From Zancudomyces culisetae HAW-14-8 (lineage: Eukaryota > Fungi > Kickxellomycota), in contig JBNJNM010000008.1 of NCBI GenBank assembly GCA_052426225.1, positions 1,922,001-1,986,000 of the forward strand: DNA of 64,000 bases. Direction: 5' to 3'. This document shows positions 46,643-58,629 of the stretch, piece after piece. The position numbers and the translations under genes were made by a program. Position 1 is the stretch's first letter. Every line of letters begins with the position of its first letter. The notes beneath the pieces are model-generated. The model did not search any database. It was not told the origin of the DNA and worked only from the letters and a program-made list of their open reading frames with translations.

Positions 46643-48000
46643 TTATAAGGAACCAGTAACACCTAAAACATTGTTGATGCGGAATACACTAAAAATAAAA
46701 GTAAAATATTGATGTGTGTTATTATGGTAAGCTAAAAATACGAATGAAATATTCCATTTAATGCATTAGTCACATTAGTAAAGGTAAAAAAAAGGAGGAT
46801 AGGATGGGGGGATGTACTTACTCTGAAACCACAAAATCTACATAGCCTTCAGAACCCACCCTTTGACCGGTAGATTTGTTGACCCACTCGCCTGAGCATA
46901 TAACTTGGTGTGCTTTTGCACCAGATTTCTCAGCGGTTTCTGCAGATGGGTCAGCTTGAGTACCAGGGGTAGCGCTTTCGTATTCAGTATAAATATTTGG
47001 TTCGCTAAATTCTACCCATTCATATTTGTCCTTTGGGATCGAGTTCTCGGGGATTGAAGCATTGAAAGTATTGAATACCAACAAACCAATGTGGGAAGGT
47101 GATTGTGCATTTATCATACCCCCTATTAACAACAAAATAATTTTGTTTTTTAGTTTAGGAGCTAGTGAAATTGTATTATTCACTATATATAAATAGAGGA
47201 GGGGTGGGGTGTGTATAGAGGTTTTGAAGAAAAAAAAGGGGGGAGAGGAACTTACTCAGAACTAGACCCTTGAAGGGTTTCCAGACAATAAACTCAGCCT
47301 GTACATCAAAATTAGAGTGTGGGTAATCGTACAATATCATACCACCAGTTTTGTTTAGATACTCAACTTTTGAGTAACACAAGGCTACACCATCGAGCTG
47401 GGGGATATACTTCAACAACATTGAGTTTAGTACTTCAAATACACCGACATCAGGTGTCATACAAAGTACAGGAGCTAGTGTTATGCAGATCTGGCAAGTA
47501 AGCTTTTCGAATCCGCTTGTGCTATCGTCATTTGTGAATTTCCCCAGCTTGTGCCCACTGTCCTTACCAACAGCAGTAGTGTTGGTAGTGGGTGTGGTGC
47601 TACTTTTGGTAGAAACAGAATTGATTGTATACTGTGCAGCTTTTTCAGCCGATTTGGGGGTTGATGTGGAATTATTAGTGTTTTTATCTATGTGCTTGTT
47701 TTTTTTGTGTTTTTTGCTTTTGCCAGTCTCCGGTTGTTGTTTCGTTCCAGCAACAGTAGCATTAGCAGTAGGGGTAGCAGTAGGGGTGTTGGTATTTTCA
47801 TCGTTTTTAGTGACCAATTCGCTGTTCGAGTGGTCTAAAGCTACACTTGTCTGGGGTTCGGAATCTTTGGACTCTGAATCTGCTAGAGATTTTCTCTTTC
47901 TACGTTCCTTCTTTTCCGAGCGCTTTTCCTTCTTTCTCGAAGGGTCGGCTGTCAGCAAGGATTCTGAGTCCTCGACCACGTGTTTTAGCTTGGAATCCAT
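46643..48000 (-). CDS. RPA43: RNA polymerase I subunit A43; exons 48000-47256, 47122-46822, 46688-46643
   Basis: ITLAP, LNSMLLKYIPQLDGVALCY, FIVWKPFKG, GMINAQSPSHIGLLVFNTFNASIP, C-terminal LGVTGSL*; basic N-terminal extension. Confidence 0.9.
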
Positions 48001-48118
48001 AAATCTAGATGCAATTCTTGAGTATCTATATGTTGATTGCTCTTAGCATTTACTAATTTTTTTTTTCTCTCAGCAAAGTTCCTATAAAATCAATCCTGCA
48101 CCCAAAATAATTATAACT

Positions 48119-48167
48119 AAAAAAAAAATTTTTTTTTCATTTTGCACTGAAAATGGATTTTGATGAG
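48119..48167 (-). promoter_or_regulatory. RRPE-like (TG-A9-T10) and PAC-core-like (GATGAG) elements upstream of RPA43
   Basis: Located 120-170 bp upstream of the ATG of a ribosome-biogenesis gene; motif identity is inferred from yeast. Confidence 0.3.
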
Positions 48168-48638
48168 AAAAAAGAATACAAGCGAATAAGATGCGGTCAG
48201 TCTCGATCAAACAAAAAATAATTAGACCACTAATTTGATGTTGGTGGTATTGCAGTACAGGCAGTTTAAAGTAGCTTGAAGAATAGTTTACTAGTATTTA
48301 TTATATTATAGAAGATTTTAACTCAAGGTTTAATACTAGAATTGGTGAAGGGAGGTAAAAAGAAAGAATTCCAGCCAATAATAAAAGAGAGGAGGGTAAA
48401 CACCCAAGTCGAATATAATAGAATAAAATCAATAAGCATAAAAATAATGATTAGAGGTAAAGTTGTACAAAGCCATCAAAGTATACCCGCCATCTTCACC
48501 AATATCACCGAGTTTCTTTTTTTTTTGTATTTCGTTTTTTTTCTTCGTTTTTCGTTTTTTTAAAGCTAGTAACAGGTATAGTTACAAAAAAAACATCGAG
48601 AGTGTGATTTCAGAAAGGAATAAGAAGAATAAATTGAC

Positions 48639-51600
48639 TTAATCGACATTTGAGCCTGTGTTGAGGAGTATTTGGCCGTACCAAGGTTTGTGCAACATCT
48701 TGATTTCACGGATAATATCAATGTCACGGGGTCGGAAAGCTTTTTGTAGATACTTGAAGAGAAAGCGTGGGCCAAGAGCTATGATGACACTAAGAACCAT
48801 TGCAGCCCAATAAGTTAAGGTGAAGAAGTAGATTTGGAAGTTATCAAGAACATCTGTTGAGGCAAACACAACCTCAAAGACGGTGTAGATAAAGAAGGAT
48901 AAAATGGAGAAGGCTATGGAGCCCCACATTAACCAGCTCCACGACCAGGCATTCAAACCAAGGGTTAAGCTAGAGCAAATGATTATACTTCCCACAACAC
49001 CACCACTGAGATCGTAGAGCGACCAGTCTCTTCCCGAGAAAGGCTGGGTAGAATTGCCAGCAACTACAAAGGCATAGTAGACAAAGAAGCAGACAGCGGA
49101 TTGGTAAGCACCATCAAGCATATAGGCTAAATAGCGCTTGTTGCTGAAGTACAGGTTGTCTATTCCGGCGCGGTACGCACCAGTATAAAGCATAGCAGTC
49201 TTGTAGTTGAAGGGTTTGTCCATACAACCTATGACAAGAACAGGGAATACAGTGAAGACAAGATTGTACATTTGGATATATATAAAGCTGTAGAACAGGT
49301 TTCCACTGAAACGACAGAAGAAGGCAAACCAGACAGGAGCCAGAGCCCAAATCGCGTTTTTATAGAAAAAGGATAGAATGGACTCACAGACTCTAAGATA
49401 GTTGAATAGGCCGTGGACCATAAGCAGGTTTTGCAAAAAGTGGAAACGGCCAATAGTATAATCCGAGGCATTTGCTGCTTGCAAACCTTCCTCACCGGTA
49501 ATGGCAACACCGACGTTTGCAGCCTGGATCATGCTGACATCATTTGCACCATCTCCAATAGCCAACGTAATAACGTCGAGTCCGTCTTTGACCAGTTCAA
49601 CAACCTGTGCCTTTTGTAGTGGAGATGCCCTGCAACAAATTACAGACTTAAAGATCGGTGCCAGTTTGACCAGTTCCTGAGAGGCTTCTTTATTCTCAAG
49701 TAGTACCTTCAAAGCTTGACCATCAACCACAAGCGCGTTAGACACAACTTTTGGCTTTGATGCTGAAGGAGATCTTGCTGTATCTTGCAAAACAATTGAC
49801 AGCCTTCTCTCGGCAAGGGTTTTAAACGTATCCTTTGGGCTTTTGCGATTCTGGGATGTTGCATCCTTTCTGAGCAGTGTTATGGATTGCTTAACTAACT
49901 CAGCATCATGTTCGTAGGGAGAAACCACAGGAATTGGTTTTTCTGCCTCGGCAAATCCTTCTTTTTCGGAAACACTGGTAATACTTTTGGCATTTGTCTT
50001 TTTGACTTTACCCAGCCGTGTCATTTTTTCTATTACTCGTGTAAGGTTATAAGAAATGTTCTTGAGAACACCAACTTCACTTCTTTCCAAATACAGTCTA
50101 GAACCGCGTTTTTCTGAGTATGGTGTTTCTAGTCTTTCTATCCTTTCTTGTTCAGCATTCGTCGACTCCTCCAGTACCGACTTTGTATCAACGTCAATCA
50201 CATATTTGCCCCCAATAGTTTCATGAACCATTTTACTAACAAGCCAAAACTTTTCCAAAATATCTTCCTCTGTACCTTTTCCGCTTACTCGCCACACCTC
50301 CATTTCGTGTGTTAAAAGATTTGAAGCGAAGCCAATGTTTATTGCAGTCTCCATTTTGTCACCTGTAAGGACCCACACCTTAATTCCTGCTGATCGCAGT
50401 GATGCTATACAGTCTGGGACTCTTTCTTGTAGCTTATCTTCTATTGCTGTACTTCCTACTAACTCAAGATCCCGTTCCAGTTCTTTTACAACCGAATCAA
50501 TCAGCTCCTCTCGGTTACTCTCGAGTGTGCCCAGTGCGGCTCTGTACCGTTTGCTCCATTCATCGTATTCCTCCTGTCCAAGCTTTCTATACGCCAGCGC
50601 CAATGTTCTTAGTCCTGCATCGGCAAACGTATCTATTTGGTTGTATGTTGCTTCTCTACGTTTCAGCTCACACTGGTCTTTTGTATCCAGCTTCTTTAAC
50701 AGATCTAAGACTATTGAATCGGCACCTTTCGTAAATACAACAATATCGTTATGGGGCTCTGGTCTTCTAACAACTACGCTCATTCTCTTCCGAGTTGAAT
50801 TAAACTCCACTGTATCCAATATCTGAAACACCTTTTCTTCTCCTTTAATGTTAAGCGTCAGTTTGTCTCTCACTTTTTTGACAAATGTATATCCCAGATT
50901 GCTTGCTGCAGCCACCAATGCACTTTCATCCGGCGATTCTGCAGAATAACCAAGCGGTCCTTTCGTCTCCTCCTCTTCAAATTGCATGGCCCCAGTCGCA
51001 CCTTTCGATGGTTTTTCTGGTTCTTCGTTTGAGTCTTCTGATATTTTGCCTTCATCAGATGTTTTATTGCCTTTCTTACTCAGCCCAAGTATCCGTTTGC
51101 TTTTTTTAAACGCATTATGAATTGTTCCACCTGTACGAGCCTTTTTCTCTCCACTTTCTACATCCACCACCTTCTTGCTTTCTATTAGAACTGTGTGACA
51201 AACCGAGAGTTGTGTAAGAAACAGGTCAATCGCTTCCATTTGTTTTTCCTTGGTCGTCCACTCTGGGTATACATCCTCCCCCTGTTGCTTTAGCTCTTTT
51301 TCGTCAAACAACTCTGGGTTCATATGATGAAAAATCATGGGATCCACAAATGTATACGATCCATCGTCTCCTGTAGTTTCATCACCCAAATCAACATATT
51401 TCGGATCAAACACCTTTTTTAACGCACCAACATAATTCTTGACCACACGTGCTCTTGCTTCTTTCTGGCTTTGAGAACCCGGATCCTCTGTCTTTTCTCC
51501 AGATGCGCGAGACTTCCCTCCACCTTCCCCCGAGACTCTTGACCTGCTTTCTGCCTCAAACGTTTTAGGTGCACTACCCCCAGCCGGATCGTTTCTCTCA

Positions 51601-53159
51601 TTTACTTCTTTGCGTGCCTTACGACCTTTTTCAACATCCAATTCATCACCAGGTAGCTGCTTTCCGTATACTACTCCGTTTATCGAACACATTCTAAAAT
51701 CCATAATATTTCTTGTTAGGGTTCCTGTCTTGTCGCTGAATACATAGCTTATTTGTCCCATATCATCCGAAATGTTCCAGTTTCGAGGAATACATGGCGT
51801 GTCCAACTTTTCATAGTACATGTTGACATCATTATAGATAAAGAATGCATGTGAAAGCTTGATAAATTCAATACTCACATACAATGATATAGGAATAACG
51901 TTTTGTAGCAATATCATTGTCGAGAAAAACAAATAAATTCCATTAATCGCCGGTTCGACATCGCCATCCAAAAACAGAAGATTTGCATATCTTTTGTCTA
52001 TTCTGTACATTATACCCCCAATGACACTAAATGAAATTCCTAGGATTGCAAGCAAAAAGAAACTCGAAATCACCTGTTTATTCATCATCTTTTCAAGTTT
52101 GCTTCTCTTGTATGGTGGTGGTCCCGAGTTTAATATAACCTTTGTTTGTTTTCCCGTATAAATTACAAGCCCAAACACCCATTCTGTGTTTTTTAGTCTC
52201 ATTCCTCTGAACATCACGTTGTTGATATTTGCTGCTACCGTTTTCTCCTTGTCTCCATCGCATATTTGTACATTACAGTTGAATACAAACATATTTGCTG
52301 TAGGCGTATCAGCTTCAACCACAAGTTTCAAATTTTTGATTGCATCTAACCCTCTCTTACCTGAAAGTTCAGACAAAACACTTCGAGGCTTTAAGTTGGT
52401 CTCACCATCGAGATCCTTACTATCAGCAAAACAGGTACCATCCTCGTTGGATGAGCTGAGAACTAACATATCTGCTGGCACCGCCTCACCGTTTTTTATT
52501 AAAATTACATCACCCACTCTCACTTGGCCCCAGAACCGAGTATCTTGTTTCAATGGTTTCCCCTGCTCTACTTTGTTAAAATGGTGGTCAGCCCATTCAT
52601 TTGGAAACCCATCCTTTGTCTTCTTCGAAAAAAGATTTGCCATCGGATGCATCTTTTCTCCACTCCTCTCCACATTGCACAACATGTTTTTATTTTCCAT
52701 GTTTGATATCACGGTCACTTTTGTATTGTTTATCTGTTTATCGTTAACGTGCCTTCTCCAATCTTCCAGCCCATCTTTAAATGCTGTTATAAATAGTACA
52801 GCAAATAAAGGCAATGCTGCTAGTGCCATTGGTCCCGTAGCAAAATACGGCGTCATTTGAATCGCCGTTAGAAATAAAAAATATACATTGGCTGCTCTTT
52901 TAAACTGTCTATACAGATTAACTGGGATAAAATTGATAATATTGTATTGGGCTGTAGAAATTTTATTTGAAACATAGTGGATCCTATGATCTGATTCCTC
53001 CTCTGCGGGCACGTCGACGTTCAAGTAAACTTTTCGTTTAGGAAGATTTAGTTCTTTTGCTGTTTCCTTTCCCTTTTGCTCTAGAATTTTAGTGCGCGAG
53101 AAAAGCGCCCTTAGTTTCGAATAAAATGTATTAGATTCGTCCACTTGTTGTTGCTCCAT
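48639..53159 (-). CDS. P4-type ATPase phospholipid flippase, Dnf1/Dnf2-like
   Basis: 1506 aa; LDGETNLK, PISLYVSIE, FSDKTGTLT, ESPDESALV, KGAD, TAIEDKLQ, WVLTGDK, GDGANDVSMIQ. Confidence 0.96.
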   Translation of the reverse strand: MEQQQVDESNTFYSKLRALFSRTKILEQKGKETAKELNLPKRKVYLNVDVPAEEESDHRIHYVSNKISTAQYNIINFIPVNLYRQFKRAANVYFLFLTAIQMTPYFATGPMALAALPLFAVLFITAFKDGLEDWRRHVNDKQINNTKVTVISNMENKNMLCNVERSGEKMHPMANLFSKKTKDGFPNEWADHHFNKVEQGKPLKQDTRFWGQVRVGDVILIKNGEAVPADMLVLSSSNEDGTCFADSKDLDGETNLKPRSVLSELSGKRGLDAIKNLKLVVEADTPTANMFVFNCNVQICDGDKEKTVAANINNVMFRGMRLKNTEWVFGLVIYTGKQTKVILNSGPPPYKRSKLEKMMNKQVISSFFLLAILGISFSVIGGIMYRIDKRYANLLFLDGDVEPAINGIYLFFSTMILLQNVIPISLYVSIEFIKLSHAFFIYNDVNMYYEKLDTPCIPRNWNISDDMGQISYVFSDKTGTLTRNIMDFRMCSINGVVYGKQLPGDELDVEKGRKARKEVNERNDPAGGSAPKTFEAESRSRVSGEGGGKSRASGEKTEDPGSQSQKEARARVVKNYVGALKKVFDPKYVDLGDETTGDDGSYTFVDPMIFHHMNPELFDEKELKQQGEDVYPEWTTKEKQMEAIDLFLTQLSVCHTVLIESKKVVDVESGEKKARTGGTIHNAFKKSKRILGLSKKGNKTSDEGKISEDSNEEPEKPSKGATGAMQFEEEETKGPLGYSAESPDESALVAAASNLGYTFVKKVRDKLTLNIKGEEKVFQILDTVEFNSTRKRMSVVVRRPEPHNDIVVFTKGADSIVLDLLKKLDTKDQCELKRREATYNQIDTFADAGLRTLALAYRKLGQEEYDEWSKRYRAALGTLESNREELIDSVVKELERDLELVGSTAIEDKLQERVPDCIASLRSAGIKVWVLTGDKMETAINIGFASNLLTHEMEVWRVSGKGTEEDILEKFWLVSKMVHETIGGKYVIDVDTKSVLEESTNAEQERIERLETPYSEKRGSRLYLERSEVGVLKNISYNLTRVIEKMTRLGKVKKTNAKSITSVSEKEGFAEAEKPIPVVSPYEHDAELVKQSITLLRKDATSQNRKSPKDTFKTLAERRLSIVLQDTARSPSASKPKVVSNALVVDGQALKVLLENKEASQELVKLAPIFKSVICCRASPLQKAQVVELVKDGLDVITLAIGDGANDVSMIQAANVGVAITGEEGLQAANASDYTIGRFHFLQNLLMVHGLFNYLRVCESILSFFYKNAIWALAPVWFAFFCRFSGNLFYSFIYIQMYNLVFTVFPVLVIGCMDKPFNYKTAMLYTGAYRAGIDNLYFSNKRYLAYMLDGAYQSAVCFFVYYAFVVAGNSTQPFSGRDWSLYDLSGGVVGSIIICSSLTLGLNAWSWSWLMWGSIAFSILSFFIYTVFEVVFASTDVLDNFQIYFFTLTYWAAMVLSVIIALGPRFLFKYLQKAFRPRDIDIIREIKMLHKPWYGQILLNTGSNVD

Positions 53160-55610
53160 AGTAGTTTTGTCAATCCCGTGTTGTTTTCTTTTTTGTCTTT
53201 ACAAGTCTATATGTATTGGTTATTAATGCATTAAATTAATGAGTCGAATTGATTGGGTTAATTTGCTATTGCTAGATATATATCCCGTGAAGGAAGTGTT
53301 AAATTTCAACAAGATAAATCTTATGGCTTTAGAAAAATATTTTTAAACATAAACCATAAATAGGTACATGCCATTATCTTGATTGTGTGGGTTTGTTCAA
53401 TTACGCAAAAATTAAAAAAAGCATGGTCATAATATAATTTGGAATATTGTTTTAGTCATTTGGCTTGTGATTTTGTGTTTTTGTGATTTTGCGATTTTTG
53501 GATTTCGGGATTTTTGAGTAAATGTCTATAAATATTTCTCTTTTTTTTATGGATTGACCCAAAAATCATTTTCTTGTTTGCACATAGTCAACCAAAATTA
53601 AACGAGAATGTATTTGTTCCTCTCACCTCTACCCCTCACTCATCTCCCCTTTCAGCTTTCTAAATATATTTGCTTTTCTCATTATTCTAGCACCCAATCC
53701 TAAAAAGTACCAAAATATTTATCGCTCACATCTGATTGGCAAACTACAGCAAAGTTAATAAAGTAATTTCCCACAAAAATTGATTTAATAACATTCAGAC
53801 CATTTATATGAGCTGGTACTTTTCAGGAAAGTGCAGCTTCCATCCTTAACTTTTTCCTTTTGTTTTTTTTTTACACATGTATCTGCCCAGATTAGGCTTG
53901 ATACCCAATGTTTTTTAAACCCCAGCTGTATTTATATTTGTAAGGCTAACCCTCTTTTCTTGTAATTTTACCCCATTCCTCTACATAAAAAAATAAAAGA
54001 GGAGGAGGGAGAAGTGTTTACAAGAGGCTCTTTACAAAGATATCTTTCTTCTAAATACACTTGACTGAGTAAATAAATGTAACGTCTAGTTTCTCTCAAC
54101 AACCCTCAATTAATACACATCTGGCAAAAAAATACAAATTTTGATAATTTACCTTATTTACAATAACACACGATGAGCCTTAGCAACCGGCTTAACCTTT
54201 TGCCAGTACTGGAAGGGAAGAGTGGTAATCGAGTAAAATTCTTCTTAGATGTACTGAGGTATGTTTAAAAAATCCCACAGCTTGGTTGTTAGATTAAAAT
54301 GTGTTGGTATGTACTCTGTGTTAATTGCGCCGATGTTCCGTTTTTAGTGCCTTAACAAGTTAGTTTTAATTTATTTCAGCTGCAGTCGAGTAACCAAGCA
54401 AACGTATTATTACAAAAGAGTATAAAAAGATGTAGTACTTTTCTTGCTATGGAGTAATATAACAATTTATCAAATTCTGTTTAATAATTCAGAAACGTAG
54501 GGTTATATAACTTTATTAAAAGTAAACTATAGCTTGTATACCGTTTACTCATTTCTGTATACAAAGTAAAATTATGTAAAAGAAATGAAGATAATGGTAA
54601 TGAAAATAAATATAAGCAATACACATCAGAACCAGGATGGACCAGCCTATTGCCATTTATTTATACTCACGACTGTCCGTTTAATTTAAAAATAAATGTT
54701 TGGCCAATTTTTGCAATGCTATCAAGGACCAATAGCAATCTCATAGATCCTAATGTTTGTAAGTTTGCCAAAACAAAAGCTCTTTTTTTTTATTGAGGTA
54801 ACATAATGAGCGTAAAGATGAATCGTGCAATTATACTGATGAGCATTACTATAAGCCGAAAGTACTATACCTTTATCATCTGATATAAAAATGAGTATAG
54901 TATATATACAGTCACAGCTTTGTATGCTTTATATGCTTGACTACACCTAATTATTGAACTTAGTATGCAATGTAATACTGTATTTGCTTTTTTGAGCATA
55001 TATAAACCTATCTTCACAAAAAGATGTCGTTTCTTTAACGTTATGCTTGAGTTTATGATTCACCTTAGCTGCCTAATGTCATCAATCCGCGTTCAACGCT
55101 TTCTCGTCTTGGATTGCGCTAATATGGCATTATTCATGTTTATTATGGTAATAACACTAATCAGAGATTGTTTATCACCAAAATGCCGAATGTTTCGCCA
55201 TGTCTGAAATTATCGGTACCATTTTTTGCAAATAGATGCAAGTGAGAACACAAAATGACTTGAAAAGTGTTAGGCACTTATCACACAACAGATCGTTTTT
55301 TATTTTACTTGTTTAAAAATGCCGCTGATTATTTTAATAAAGATAAAAAGTTAAGCTCAAGGTGTACTTCTGACCAAATAAACAGAAAATACTACCCAAG
55401 ATAACTCCCACCCACCTTCCTCCAGGAATATGTCATTAGCATTTGGTAAGGCTTTTTTAATTTTAATTTTTTGTTAGATGAATTTATTAAATTAGGGCTT
55501 TTTTATGTGGCTGATAAACCACACATTAATAGAAGAAATTATTGGATACGAAATGTTTGGATTGCCCAATCAATGAACCTTTGTTTACATTTTCAGGATC
55601 GTTAAAAGTC

Positions 55611-55623
55611 GGGGGGGGGGGGG
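55611..55623 (+). repeat. G13 homopolymer
   Basis: Read directly from the sequence. Confidence 0.8.
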
Positions 55624-56053
55624 ATATCGAGGGTAAAGCGAGTGAGCTTTTGTAGTTGTATTTCTATCTACCAGCCAACTCGTATAAGCATCAGATCCGA
55701 AGAGCAGCATTATTTATCGTCTAGCCTTTCGTTTCTAAAAAAAGGTTTATTAAACGTTTTTTGTAACATATTCTTTGAGGGGACTAGATATGTGCGGTTT
55801 ACGGAAGCAAGAGTAAACGGGCTGTTTCTTTTTTAAAAAAATGATTCACAAGTCGCTGCATGATCCGCGAGTTTATCTTTTTTGTTATTTGTTATTATTT
55901 TATTATTACTTGCAAAATTCGCTTTTCTGGTGATGCGTAATTGTATATTCAAGAGTGGACGGAGGAAGTAGTAAACACGAAAAAATCGTTTCGGTGCTGG
56001 ATAACTATCTAAATCATGGCTTATAGCGTAAATAGCCTTTTCTCCAGCTTTAT

Positions 56054-56075
56054 AAACAAACAAACAAACAAACAA
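56054..56075 (+). repeat. (AAAC)5 microsatellite
   Basis: aaacaaacaaacaaacaaacaa. Confidence 0.8.
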
Positions 56076-56546
56076 ATAACAACGTAAAAGCGACTAGTTT
56101 GGTTTTAATGCGTGCTTAAAAAGTAGAGCTTATATGAATAGTTACGCGCAATATAAGCGGTATGTCAATGTGGTAATAGTTTTGTTTGCTCAGGTGTGCA
56201 TCAGTAGTATTTCAAACATAAAGTGTAGATATAGTCATCTGAACTTGTAGAAACTAAAATTTTGCACATTTTTGTTGCATTTCTGGCGCTAGAGGACAAG
56301 GTAATATATCATCGTTTAAATTACATGTAAACTATAGAGATGTCTGACCTCTTGGCATTCTTGCGTTATAAGTATCAGATAATGCAATATATCCAATAAA
56401 CGAAAAATATTTCATTCACTTCACTACTTTGTTACATGTACCTGGAAACGAAATCTAGGTGGCTAAACTCAACTTTATTATAGAGCACATATATTTATGA
56501 ATAAACAAAATACAGTTAGAAATGCGATGTCAAAGTTAAACCTTGA

Positions 56547-58629
56547 TTATGCGAGCTTTCCTGGTTGTCGCTCACGCGTACTTATTTTGCTGTAATTAAC
56601 GACTCCCAATTTATACGATAAGAATAAAAATGGTCTCGCTATAACACCTCTGATAAGCCCCAGAAATATAATAGCACAACATATATTCAACACGACTAAA
56701 ATTCGGGCAAATATATGGTGTACAAACCAGATTTCTCTGTATTTGTATTCATAAACCTCGTTTTTAAGCCCTACATCTAGCTTTGCACCACAATTGCCAA
56801 GCACAAAACTCACTAAAGATGTCAGTTTCTTTGAATAATATTTTGCGATGCTTGTATGAACGGTTTTAGCTACTGGGGCTTCATTTTGAAGCACTTTGCG
56901 AAACTCGAAAATACCAGAAGCGCCTGAATATTCACCCATTGTCGATCGAACTGTAATTTCCTGGGTACTTATACTCGATTCTTCTGAAATACGATCTGTT
57001 GAAGATTGTTTCTGTGATGCAATTATACCTTCTTTCTTGGTGTTGTACTCGATTGTGTTCTCAAATATCTCTACCCAGATCTTTCTATTTTGGTCCAACG
57101 AAGAAATACTTGACTGGCAAAACAGATCAGTTACAAGAGCTCCAAAATGTGTCGGGTTTTTTGAATCAGTTGCATCGAGCATTTTTAGAATGTCTGGATG
57201 CACCTCATCGGGGCTTATTGTCAAGTTTTTGACTTTGTACCGGACATTACATCCAAAGTGGTCATGCCCGTTGAATATAAAAGTTGGTTTTAGACAATGA
57301 AGCAAATATATAGACGAGAGCGGAGATAAGAAGTTCTGCCTTGTTACATACCCTTCTCTACATTTTTTCAAAGCGAAATCTTAGAATGACACAGCCCAGG
57401 ATATGTACAAAAAATTCAAAATAATAAAAAAATTAACATTATTCATACCTGTCGTATACGATTAGCTGGTCGTCAAAGCATAGATCATTGGGTTTGTGTA
57501 ATGGGATATGTATAAATAATAGGAGGGGAACCGAGTCGTGTGCTTTTAGCTTTTTTCTTTCCAAATATTTTGTATTTATGAATTCCCACACGCTATTTCT
57601 GCTTTCCTAATAGAGATTGTAAAATATATCGGTAAGTTACTCAGATGTTTAAACAAAACAGGCTATAAGTACCGCTTCTGTCTTGAAGTTGCGCCACCAT
57701 CTATTTTTTCGCCTTAATAGAGTGTGGTACACTAGAGATATGAGACAAAAGCAGTTTATTGTTAAAGATAAACCTACCAGATGTCTAGACTCGTCAATAT
57801 TTACTGCATTCAGAAAAACAACATGGTGGGAACTCTCGGTGCTATGGCTGGTTTCGATTTTTCCTGAATCGCTAAGAAAAAATTCATGGTTAAGCTCTCC
57901 AAAGTGGTTCTGCCATCTATCGATATGTGCTTTTGTTGTGGTACTACCATATCCGATATCGTGATTACCTGTCATGTTATAGAACCGAGTATTAAATCTT
58001 TTGGAGTGGTATATACTATTCGTTATCCATCCAAACCTCTTAGAGCGCCATTCAAACTCTTCATTGTCTATCCATTCACTTGAAAAGTGGTCACCCATTG
58101 TTACAGCAAGTTGTGGTTTTACTGCTTTCAGGGTTGATTGATAAACATGGTTTAAATAGTAGTCGTTAAAAAGCAAATCGTATTTTCCTATTTTATTATT
58201 CAGAATGCTGTTAAATAGATAGCAAAACAGAGCTGTATTAATAGCAATTAACGATGGAGTTAGTAAAGTCTCATGCCAATTCAAAATAAATATATTGTAC
58301 TAACCGAGAATGGGACTTCTTTCTATTTTAGAAAAACCTTCGATCTGAGGATCGCCAAATAATGTAAAGTATACACCATCGCCTATTCAATTTATATCCA
58401 TCCACCATATGTCAAGTTTAACAAAGGATGCATTGGCAATACATGTTTTTAAATCCACTAGCATGAGGCATATTTAGCTGTAATTACCTTTTTTAAAATT
58501 AAATCTAATGTAGTATAGTACGTGAATGTCTAGAGCCATGATAGTTACACAAAATAATGTAAATATAGCTTTCCTTGCTCGGTATAAACCTCGCAAAATG
58601 CTAAGAAATGCTCCGAATCCGAATTTCAT
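56547..58629 (-). CDS. TED1: Ted1/PGAP5-like metallophosphoesterase (GPI remodelling); exons 58629-58488, 58382-58305, 58187-57778, 57606-57449, 57357-56547
   Basis: GDPQIEG, NDYYL, GDHFSSEWIDNEEF, GNHDIGY, HIPLHKP..C.D, QNFLS, NGHDHFGC, EITVRSTMGEY; TM segments near both ends; exon phases are consistent. Confidence 0.9.

Noticed and set aside
54836-54870. Hammerhead-like CTGATGA...GAAA
   Set aside because: Stems I-III cannot be formed convincingly around the core.
55701-55718. TCAGATCCGAAGAGCAGC resembling SRP helix 8
   Set aside because: The apical stem does not pair and there is no flanking SRP helix.
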